From an uncultured euryarchaeote (GTDB lineage Archaea; Thermoplasmatota; Poseidoniia; Poseidoniales; Thalassarchaeaceae), in the NCBI GenBank assembly GCA_937876055.1, contig CALEIW010000242.1, forward strand, positions 1 to 53,394: a stretch of DNA of 53,394 nucleotides. The letters are read 5' to 3'. Shown here piece by piece: positions 25,101-32,939 of this stretch. The notes beneath the pieces are model-generated. The model worked only from the letters and a program-made list of their open reading frames with translations, was not told where the DNA came from and made no database searches. Every line of letters starts with the position of its first letter. Positions within the stretch are counted from its first letter, which is position 1. The translations under genes were made by a program, and so were the position numbers.

Positions 25101-27050
25101 TCAACCCATGCCGAGAATGTGCCACGCCTCAAGGTTACGTCCACGAATGTAATCCAACCATGAAGCCCAGGTCTCATCATTTCGAAGTGTATCTGGGTCT
25201 CCAATTACTATTAATCCACGTTTTGCTCTTGTCAAAGCGACGTTTAGACGTCGTGCATCCGAAAGAAATCCAACTGTTCCATCCGAATTTGAGCGTACGC
25301 AGGAGAAGATGATGACTTCCTTTTCTCTGCCTTGATAACCATCAACGGTGTGAACCTCAACTGAATCATTTCTTTCTGGAAGGGCGTCACGAATCGCTCT
25401 AACCTGTCCAGCATAAGGCGTAATTATGCCAATATCCGCCTCTTCCAAATCGCCTGCCTGTAATAGATTTTCAAGTATTTTTGCAACCCAACCAGCCTCT
25501 GCAGGATTTTCTTTTGAAGCCCCATCTGGCGAGAGTAACTCGTCTCCATTAACTGGCAGAAATGCCATCGGAACTTCCCAATCATTCCAAAGTAGTCCTG
25601 CAGGATTGGGCCTATCGGCTGCTGTGATGCCATCGACTAATCGTCCTTCGTAGAAGGTGCGGTTAGGGAAATCAGAGATCGCAGGATGCATTCTGTATTG
25701 CGTATCAAGTAACATTGGTTCGATTCCCATAGCAACTAATCTTTCGAATAAAGAGCGTCGCAGGCCACCGTTTTCCGCCCTACGGCTGATTACTGTTGGA
25801 GGTAGTTGTCGATGGTCTCCAACCAAGACGATTTGTCTTGCTCCTCGAACAAGAGGCACAAGGCTAGCCGGCTCTGTTGCCTGAGTCGCCTCATCGAGTA
25901 AAACACGAGAAAATCTCCTACCATCCAATAGTTGGTGTCCTACACCGATACAAGTGCAACAGAGGACTTGAGCTCGATCCAAAATATCATCGCGCATTTG
26001 TCGCTCAATACGTCTAACCTCTTTCCAACCACGATTCAAATCTCGGTGAGCCAAGCCTTTCTCCTTTCCTTTCATCCCTGGAATCCGTCGTGCTAATTTT
26101 TCATTCAATTCCAAATGCTCCTCAAGGTCACGACGAAGTGGATGACTTTCCATCTGTGCATCGACGGTAGCTTCTCGCAATGATTCTCTAACCTTGACCG
26201 GCTGACCGAGTCTAACCGCACTTACACCCAGACCAAGTAACCCTTCGAGCAGATTGTCTACGGCTACATTTGAGTCAGCGACGGCTAGAATGGTTCCGAC
26301 ATTTTGACTCGACCAAGATTGTAATATTCGCACTGCAGTATGCGTTTTTCCGGTACCTGGGGGGCCTTGAATTAAGGTCAGCCGTTGGGATATTGCGGCT
26401 TCGCAGGCAACCTTTTGTGATTCGTTGAGTCCTTCAGGTCTGCTCGCAGGCCTTCGATTTGCTCCACCTAATTCTGGACCCAGACCTGCAGTTCCCACCG
26501 GGTCGTGAACTAATCCAAGAAGTAGGTCTCTAAGCGGTGCACCTCCCTCCTCTTCGAAAATAGAATTTAGTGCATCTCGCATTCGATCGAAGGCTACCTT
26601 ATTGGCGGCTCTATCTATCCTCCAATACCCACTACGAACCCCGCTGGGTAATTCAGGCAAAACAATTCGAATTCTATTCCGTGAACGATCCGACACTATT
26701 GCTTCAATTGGCTTCTCACCAATCGGGTCACCGCGACTCAGCATGACGATATCCCCCTGACGGAATCTGTGTTGACCCATATTCGCCCGACCGTCTAACT
26801 CCAGTTTGACGATCCGCTGCCCGAATAACCATCCATCCGGTCGGGCTCGTAAATCGAATAGAGCCAAACCGTGAGCAGCTAATTTTGCACGCGACCAATT
26901 GCGCAATCTTTCATCGGTTGCGTCCAATTCATCATCCAATTCCCATTGTATTAACGGCAAATATACCTCATGGTGATCTTGGCTGCGAGTAAACCTCGCA
27001 GGGAGTGCAGCGTCAGAACTCACGACACCCCTGTAGCGCAGGCGACACAT
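25101..27050 (-). CDS. Superfamily-1 helicase, UPF1/IGHMBP2/Sen1-like (AAA_11/AAA_12)
   Basis: Motifs GPPGTGKT, LLDEATQA, VGDHRQLPP, YRMHPAISDFPNRTFYEG, VDGYQGREKEVIIFSCVRS and NVALTRAKRGLIVIG are present. An N-terminal beta-barrel-like region is present, as in the UPF1 1B domain. The ATG is at 27050 (the track start at 27062 is TTG). Confidence 0.9.
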   Translation of the reverse strand: MCRLRYRGVVSSDAALPARFTRSQDHHEVYLPLIQWELDDELDATDERLRNWSRAKLAAHGLALFDLRARPDGWLFGQRIVKLELDGRANMGQHRFRQGDIVMLSRGDPIGEKPIEAIVSDRSRNRIRIVLPELPSGVRSGYWRIDRAANKVAFDRMRDALNSIFEEEGGAPLRDLLLGLVHDPVGTAGLGPELGGANRRPASRPEGLNESQKVACEAAISQRLTLIQGPPGTGKTHTAVRILQSWSSQNVGTILAVADSNVAVDNLLEGLLGLGVSAVRLGQPVKVRESLREATVDAQMESHPLRRDLEEHLELNEKLARRIPGMKGKEKGLAHRDLNRGWKEVRRIERQMRDDILDRAQVLCCTCIGVGHQLLDGRRFSRVLLDEATQATEPASLVPLVRGARQIVLVGDHRQLPPTVISRRAENGGLRRSLFERLVAMGIEPMLLDTQYRMHPAISDFPNRTFYEGRLVDGITAADRPNPAGLLWNDWEVPMAFLPVNGDELLSPDGASKENPAEAGWVAKILENLLQAGDLEEADIGIITPYAGQVRAIRDALPERNDSVEVHTVDGYQGREKEVIIFSCVRSNSDGTVGFLSDARRLNVALTRAKRGLIVIGDPDTLRNDETWASWLDYIRGRNLEAWHILGMG

Positions 27051-27160
27051 CAGATTTCGCAATCCTTGGAGCCCTTATTGCTGAAGGATATAGTTTCCAA
27101 CAGGACGTGAGGGTTATACGCAGAACGCAGCCGAACTGGCTCGTCTTTGGGGGACTTGAG

Positions 27161-28510
27161 ATGGTATTTGACAAGTTCAAAGGTTGGAGAAAGGCAGAAG
27201 CGGGCCCAACCGTTCAATGCCCTCTTTGTCAGACTCACAATCCCGAGGACGCCACAGAATGCTCCCAATGTATGTACCAATTAGGTAAGGCCGCGTTTGA
27301 ACAAGTCACATCCGTTGATGAGGAGGAAGCAGGAAGCCTATTCGATGAACTGCTCGCTGATATTGAGGAAGATGAAGAGGAGCAAGTAATCGATTGGTCA
27401 AAGGGAACCTTCACCATGGACGACGTCACAATAGATGTCGAACAATATGGTGACGATGATGGAATCAAACTCAGCGAGAATCCAACTTTTGCAATGACCG
27501 TCGACCATCCTGATCCTGTTGATGAAGAGGAGGAAGACGATTACGAATTGACCTCTGCTGACGCTCCTAAGTTTGTCACAAAATTTGAGGTCCCTGAAAC
27601 TGAATTAGAACCGCTTGAAGAGGCTCAACCTCAACAAGTAGAATTGATACAACCTACTGCTATCGCTCCGGAGAACGATCCAATTGTTTCAGCAGACGAT
27701 ATACCCGATGACAATGATGAGGTTATGGCCCCGGAACAAGCCACAGAAGTTCAGCAAGAAACCGAGCAAACGGACGAAGAAGAACCAAGTCCTGAATTGG
27801 AAGAAGAAGTCGAAGAGATAAGTGAGGAAGAGAAATTACTCAGCCTCAAGAAAGTAGAATTGGTTGAAATCGCATCCGACAAAGGGTTAGCGACCAGTGG
27901 TACCAAGGCAGAATTAGTTTCTCGAATTCTATCTGGCGAAGCGCCTACTGAAGAAGATGTAGAACCCGAAATCGAGGAAGAAGAAGTCGCTGAGCCAGAA
28001 CCGGAGCCCCCAACTCCAATCGCACTACCTTCTACACCAGCTGGATTACCTGTTCCTCCACCAGTGTCAGCGAGGCCGGTGGACCCAATGGACGCGGCGT
28101 TCGATGGTGGTACACCGGAACCGATTATTCCAGCCAAACCAACACCACCAAAAATACCTAAAATACCAAAATTACCTCACATCGAAGAAGCAAATTCTGT
28201 TGAAGATGAGTCAATGAATAACGGATTTTGGCCATGGCCTCAACAGGAAGAATGGTCCAATAGGGATGTGGCAATGAAAATCAAAGAGGCCATGGAAGCC
28301 GCAAAAAGTCGAAACATGGCACAGAGCACAGTGTTGTTAGACGAAGTAGGCCCTCATCTTGGTGATCGAACAAAACTAATCTATCCAGTAGGCGCCTTAT
28401 TACAGCGGATAGGTAGAGCAGCGGCGGTAGATAGAATGCTAGAAGTAGCAATGAAAAATTCTCCTGATGACCCCCACGTTCAGACTGCAAAAGCCAAGTT
28501 AAGGCCTTAA
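27161..28510 (+). CDS. Zinc-ribbon / long acidic disordered region / SAP (Rho_N-like) motif / proline-rich / helical C-terminal protein
   Basis: The ATG at 27161 gives MVFDKFKGW...CPLCQTHNPEDATECSQC. Roughly 200 aa of D/E-rich sequence follow. The SAP-like motif is LSLKKVELVEIASDKGLATSGTKAELVSRIL, followed by a PxP-rich tract and a helical C-terminus. Confidence 0.6.
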   Translation: MVFDKFKGWRKAEAGPTVQCPLCQTHNPEDATECSQCMYQLGKAAFEQVTSVDEEEAGSLFDELLADIEEDEEEQVIDWSKGTFTMDDVTIDVEQYGDDDGIKLSENPTFAMTVDHPDPVDEEEEDDYELTSADAPKFVTKFEVPETELEPLEEAQPQQVELIQPTAIAPENDPIVSADDIPDDNDEVMAPEQATEVQQETEQTDEEEPSPELEEEVEEISEEEKLLSLKKVELVEIASDKGLATSGTKAELVSRILSGEAPTEEDVEPEIEEEEVAEPEPEPPTPIALPSTPAGLPVPPPVSARPVDPMDAAFDGGTPEPIIPAKPTPPKIPKIPKLPHIEEANSVEDESMNNGFWPWPQQEEWSNRDVAMKIKEAMEAAKSRNMAQSTVLLDEVGPHLGDRTKLIYPVGALLQRIGRAAAVDRMLEVAMKNSPDDPHVQTAKAKLRP

Positions 28511-28557
28511 TTGACCGCGCCGTAGCCCTCATTCGTTCAATACTCTGAGGCAATAGT

Positions 28558-29127
28558 ATGCAGCGGCGCGCGACGACGACAATTCAAGTCGACGACGGAC
28601 TAATTATGCGGCCTGCAAATACAACTTACACGAACAATCTACTCGAGGCATTTGAGGAAACTTGGCCGGAGGTAAGCAGGGCTATGCCTTGGATTCTCCC
28701 AGAGAAGGAAATTGAGCCGCAATTGGCCGATTTTCTTGATGAAACTGAACGCACTGGAAGAGTCGGTCGAATGCATCATTGGGTGCTCATTCGACCTTGG
28801 GATGAGGCTGTGCTTGGGCTGTTAGGATTTGATAGAGTTACACGTTCAGGAATTGCAGAATGGAATCTCGGATATTGGGTCAGATCTTCTGAACAAAGGA
28901 GAGGTATTGCCAGCCGAGCCATTGAGGCAGCTTTGACTTGGCTAGCTGAATTAGAACCGGTTTCAGTTGAGTTGAAAGTTGACCCCAATAATGCTGCTGG
29001 AAAAAGGACGGTAGAGAGAACCGTCCGACGTTGGAACGGGAGTCGCTGTGTAGTGGGGGATTCGGCAATTACGGTTGCGGGAGTACGCACCCTACACGAA
29101 TGTCATCTAATTGAAATTAGACCTTAA
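28558..29127 (+). CDS. GNAT family N-acetyltransferase (RimJ/RimL-like)
   Basis: YWVRSSEQRRGIASRAIEAALTWL matches the acetyl-CoA binding motif Q/RxxGxA. The length is 189 aa. Confidence 0.8.
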   Translation: MQRRATTTIQVDDGLIMRPANTTYTNNLLEAFEETWPEVSRAMPWILPEKEIEPQLADFLDETERTGRVGRMHHWVLIRPWDEAVLGLLGFDRVTRSGIAEWNLGYWVRSSEQRRGIASRAIEAALTWLAELEPVSVELKVDPNNAAGKRTVERTVRRWNGSRCVVGDSAITVAGVRTLHECHLIEIRP

Positions 29128-29215
29128 TTCGGTCCTCTTAGAGGACCGGTCTCTAACGCGACCATTCAAATCGGTCGGTATGGTCGCAAGTCTGCCCGAA
29201 GGGCAGGTGTTGGCG

Positions 29216-31870
29216 ATGTCAATCAATCACAGACAACGACTTCCCGACATCGACCCAGAGGAAACCGACGAGTGGCTGGAGGCCCTGCGTTCGGTCGTTG
29301 ATGCTCATGGTGTTGAGCGAGCCCGCCTGCTTTTGCACGAGTTGATGGCGGAGTCGGAAGACCTCGATGTTGAGATTGCACCAATCTCCAAAACACCCTA
29401 TGTCAATACCATATCTTGGGACCAACAACCTCCATACCCTGGAGATCTAAACACCGAGAAAGAAATCCAAAACTCAATTCTTTGGAATTCTGCAGTTATG
29501 GTATCAGATGCCAACCGCAGACTCGATGGGATCGGTGGACACATCTCCACCTATGCTTCCTCCTCAACACTATACGAAGTAGGATTCAATCATGTATTTC
29601 GTGGTAAGGACAGCAATGGGATTGGAGATGCTCTCTACATCCAAGGTCATGGAAGTCCCGGGATTTATGCGAGAGCTTTCCTAGAGGGAAGGCTGACCCG
29701 TGAACAATTGGCTAACTTCCGTCAAGAAGCATTTGCCGACGGCCTCTCTTCCTATCCACATCCCCGATTGATGGCTGATTTCTGGGAGTACCCAACAGTT
29801 TCAATGGGACTCGGACCATTAGGCGCGGTGATGCATGCACGATTTTGGAAATACCTTCACAATCGAGGCTTGGCCGATACATCAGAATCGACAGTCTTCG
29901 CTTTCCTCGGAGATGGTGAGATGGACGAGCCGGAATCCATCGCTGCAATCGCGGTTGCTGGCAGGGAAAAACTGGACAACCTAATCACAATTGTAAATTG
30001 TAATCTGCAACGATTGGATGGACCCGTTCGCGGGAACGCCAAGATAGTTCAGGAATTAGAAGGGCTCTATCGAGGAGCTGGCTGGGAGGTATTCAAGGTC
30101 CTCTGGGATTCTAATTGGGACCGACTATTTGCTCAAGACCGAGACGGGTTGTTACTCGCTCGTCTCGAAGAAATAACAGATGGCGATTTCCAACGTATGA
30201 GCACTCTAGAACTAGCGGAATTCCGGAACGAATTATTCGCCGGTAATCCGAAATTGGTAGAAATGGGTCAAAACATATCCGACCAAGAAATCGGTCTATT
30301 GCGAAGGGGTGGTCATGATCCAATCAAGGTCTGGGCAGCTTATCATGCGGCTAAACAATCAGACAAACCTGCAGTAATTCTAGCCCATACAGTTAAGGGT
30401 TGGGGAATCGACTCCTTTGAGGCTAGAAATACAACTCATCAGAAGAAGAAAATGAGCCTTGAAGATCTGAAACAATACAGGGATGACCTAGGGGTTACCG
30501 TAGCAGATGAGAACCTCGAAAATGACCCATTCCATGAGTTTGAAGAGGATAGTGATGCACTCGCATATCTTCACCAAAGAAGGAACGAATTGGGAGGATA
30601 CCTTCCTAGTCGACTTTCTCCAACTATCGAAGAGGACCTCCCTGGAAACGAAACTTACGCTGCTTTCGACGAAGGGACTCCAGAGGGTCAAGAAGTTTCT
30701 ACAACCATGGTATTCGTTCGCCTGTTAAGAAACCTAATGAAATCGGGAATCGGTGAGAAAGTAGTCCCGATTATTCCTGATGAAGGAAGAACATTCGGTA
30801 TGGATCCGCTCTTCAGCGAGTTCGGAATTTATTCTACATTTGGTCAACTCTATACTCCGGTTGACCATAAGATGCTGATGAATTACAAGGAATCGACAAG
30901 TGGACAAATTCTCGAGGAGGGTATCTCAGAAGCTAATTCAATTGCATCTTGGATAGCCAGTGCAACATCCTACTCCCACGCCGGAACTCCAACTCTACCA
31001 TTCTACGTATTCTACTCGATGTTTGGATTCCAGCGCGTCAACGACCAGATATGGGCTGCGGCAGACGCTCGAGCACGCGGCTTCCTAATGGGTGCAACAG
31101 CCGGACGAACAACGCTGAATGGGGAAGGTCTGCAACATCAGGATGGACACTCTTTGTTACATGCTAGCACCGTACCATCCTGTCGTGCTTGGGATCCTGC
31201 ATACGCTTACGAGTTGGCAACAATAATCGAAAACGGCATTGATGAAATGTGGGGTAAGGACAAGGATATTTTCCATTACATAATGCTCTACAATCAGAAT
31301 GAACAACAGCCACCTAAACCAAAGGGAATCGATGCCGACTTAATGCGTGGAGCTTATCTCTTTAGTGAGGCTAAAGATGGAGACGGCCCACTAATTCGTT
31401 TACTTGGTTCTGGTCCCATACTTTCTCACGTTCGAGAGGCGGCTGAACTGTTGATAGAATATGGAGTAAGGTCAGAAGTCTGGTCAGTGCCTTCCTATGG
31501 GGAACTGCGAAGGGCAGGACTCGCAGCGGAGAGGGCAACTCGACTTGACCCTCAAAACCCTCAATCAGCATTTGTTTCAGAGTGTTTTGGCGATGATGTA
31601 ACAACCGTTGCTGCTTCAGATTATATCGCCGCCGTGCCAGAGATGATTCAACGCTGGGTTGGAGGCAAATTCGTTGTACTTGGAACCGATGGTTACGGTC
31701 GTTCAGATACCCGTGAATCCCTCCGCAGATTCTTTGAAATTGATACCGCCAGCATTGTAGTCGCCTCTCTATCTGCATTAGAGCAAGAAGGGTCTGTTGA
31801 TGCTGGAACTACAAAGAAGGCGGCAAAAAAATTGACTGTCTCAAGCGAGAGATACGATAAGACCGAGTGA
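29216..31870 (+). CDS. aceE: Pyruvate dehydrogenase E1 component, homodimeric (AceE) type
   Basis: The N-terminus DIDPEETDEWLEALRSVVDAHGVERARLLLHEL parallels E. coli AceE. The TPP motif is FLGDGEMDEPES...IVNCNLQRLDG. The length is about 885 aa from the ATG at 29216. Confidence 0.9.
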   Translation: MSINHRQRLPDIDPEETDEWLEALRSVVDAHGVERARLLLHELMAESEDLDVEIAPISKTPYVNTISWDQQPPYPGDLNTEKEIQNSILWNSAVMVSDANRRLDGIGGHISTYASSSTLYEVGFNHVFRGKDSNGIGDALYIQGHGSPGIYARAFLEGRLTREQLANFRQEAFADGLSSYPHPRLMADFWEYPTVSMGLGPLGAVMHARFWKYLHNRGLADTSESTVFAFLGDGEMDEPESIAAIAVAGREKLDNLITIVNCNLQRLDGPVRGNAKIVQELEGLYRGAGWEVFKVLWDSNWDRLFAQDRDGLLLARLEEITDGDFQRMSTLELAEFRNELFAGNPKLVEMGQNISDQEIGLLRRGGHDPIKVWAAYHAAKQSDKPAVILAHTVKGWGIDSFEARNTTHQKKKMSLEDLKQYRDDLGVTVADENLENDPFHEFEEDSDALAYLHQRRNELGGYLPSRLSPTIEEDLPGNETYAAFDEGTPEGQEVSTTMVFVRLLRNLMKSGIGEKVVPIIPDEGRTFGMDPLFSEFGIYSTFGQLYTPVDHKMLMNYKESTSGQILEEGISEANSIASWIASATSYSHAGTPTLPFYVFYSMFGFQRVNDQIWAAADARARGFLMGATAGRTTLNGEGLQHQDGHSLLHASTVPSCRAWDPAYAYELATIIENGIDEMWGKDKDIFHYIMLYNQNEQQPPKPKGIDADLMRGAYLFSEAKDGDGPLIRLLGSGPILSHVREAAELLIEYGVRSEVWSVPSYGELRRAGLAAERATRLDPQNPQSAFVSECFGDDVTTVAASDYIAAVPEMIQRWVGGKFVVLGTDGYGRSDTRESLRRFFEIDTASIVVASLSALEQEGSVDAGTTKKAAKKLTVSSERYDKTE

Positions 31871-31875
31871 TTTTG

Positions 31876-31974
31876 ATGGCTAATCGAATCCGTACCATTT
31901 GGGCGGTATTCAAGTTCATGGGTAGGATTGGAGTAATTCTTAGTTTCATCAAGGGAATCTTTCGGCGCAAATAG
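31876..31974 (+). CDS. Possible 32-aa basic amphipathic small ORF (MANRIRTIWAVFKFMGRIGVILSFIKGIFRRK)
   Basis: I translated this by hand. The ATG lies 6 nt after the aceE stop. It is not in the ORF track because it is too short, and I have no homology evidence. Confidence 0.15.
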   Translation: MANRIRTIWAVFKFMGRIGVILSFIKGIFRRK

Positions 31975-31977
31975 AAT

Positions 31978-32730
31978 TCAAGCCGCTATATCGTCATCGA
32001 ATCTCTGGAATGGTAAGTTTTCGAAGACCTCCAATTCCCTTGCATTCAATGCATAATTGTGTGCTAATGCTTCAGCGACTGATACCCAATCAGGAGTAGA
32101 ACCGTCAATCCAGTCATATCGATGGCCAGGAATTAATCTCCAATCTTGTGGTAAGTCTCGTAGAATTCCTCGAGCGAATAAAACAGACCACCACTGTGCA
32201 GTTGGGTCTGATCCTGGTAGGTCGACTCTACCTGATGCGGCTGTGAAAAGTAGGTCTCCCGCATGGTAGACTCCATGTCCATGGAAGGTGCAGTGCCCTG
32301 GGGCATGACCAGGTGAGTGTGTGACACTCAGGGTAATTCCTCCTGCTGACCATTCAACGCTGGAGTTAGGATGATGATTCCACTCATTCGTCAAAGAAAC
32401 GGTTCCGAAGACAAAACGTCCGAGTAAGGATTTGTGAATAGAATCATGATGCCCCCAGACTTCCACATCTGGAACTAACTCCTTCATTTTCGCATACCCC
32501 GCAGTATGATCTCTGTGGGTATGTGTGTAGAGTATGTGAGTGGGCCTAAGGCCCTCATTTGCAAGCGCTTCAACCCAACGCTGTGAATCAAATGGGTCGG
32601 TAATTGCAACGACTCCATTTTCTCGGTCAATCCATGCTGTATTCATATTCATGAAATCACCCATTTGGGTGACCCAAACCTCGATTCCTGCCTCATCAGT
32701 GCGGATATCGAACTCGCCATCGGCTAGCAT
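31978..32730 (-). CDS. MBL-fold metallo-hydrolase (glyoxalase II-like)
   Basis: The HTHRDHTAG (HxHxDH) motif and a later GHAPGH motif are present. The ATG is at 32730 (32733 is TTG). Confidence 0.85.
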   Translation of the reverse strand: MLADGEFDIRTDEAGIEVWVTQMGDFMNMNTAWIDRENGVVAITDPFDSQRWVEALANEGLRPTHILYTHTHRDHTAGYAKMKELVPDVEVWGHHDSIHKSLLGRFVFGTVSLTNEWNHHPNSSVEWSAGGITLSVTHSPGHAPGHCTFHGHGVYHAGDLLFTAASGRVDLPGSDPTAQWWSVLFARGILRDLPQDWRLIPGHRYDWIDGSTPDWVSVAEALAHNYALNARELEVFENLPFQRFDDDIAA

Positions 32731-32939
32731 CAATACCCCCGACAGGCTTCTAAGGCATAGCGATGGCGATTGATTGACGTCAAACTTGCTTTCTCAATCC
32801 AATGATTGAAAGAGAGAAGGCCCGACGGCTAACTATGGCGCGAATGCCTGCTTCACCTAACTTCGCGGCGGGCTACTCGCTCGACCTGCTGCTTAGCTTG
32901 GGAGTCTGAAAGGACTCCCATTTCGAATGATGTGAAGAA

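Noticed and set aside
27235-28137. Antisense S-rich ORFs (27235..27468 -, 27751..28137 -) opposite the acidic region of the SAP protein.
   Set aside because: They are the same compositional artefact (GAA/GAG/GAT complements) and are embedded in a longer sense ORF with recognisable zinc-ribbon and SAP motifs.
32900-32919. Hairpin upstream of leuS whose loop contains CUGAAAG, resembling a tRNA-Phe (GAA) anticodon loop, with TTCGAAT just downstream.
   Set aside because: The stem is 7 bp with a 6-nt loop, not 5 bp with 7 nt. No acceptor, D or T stems can be drawn around it. The TTCGAAT lacks flanking complementary arms.
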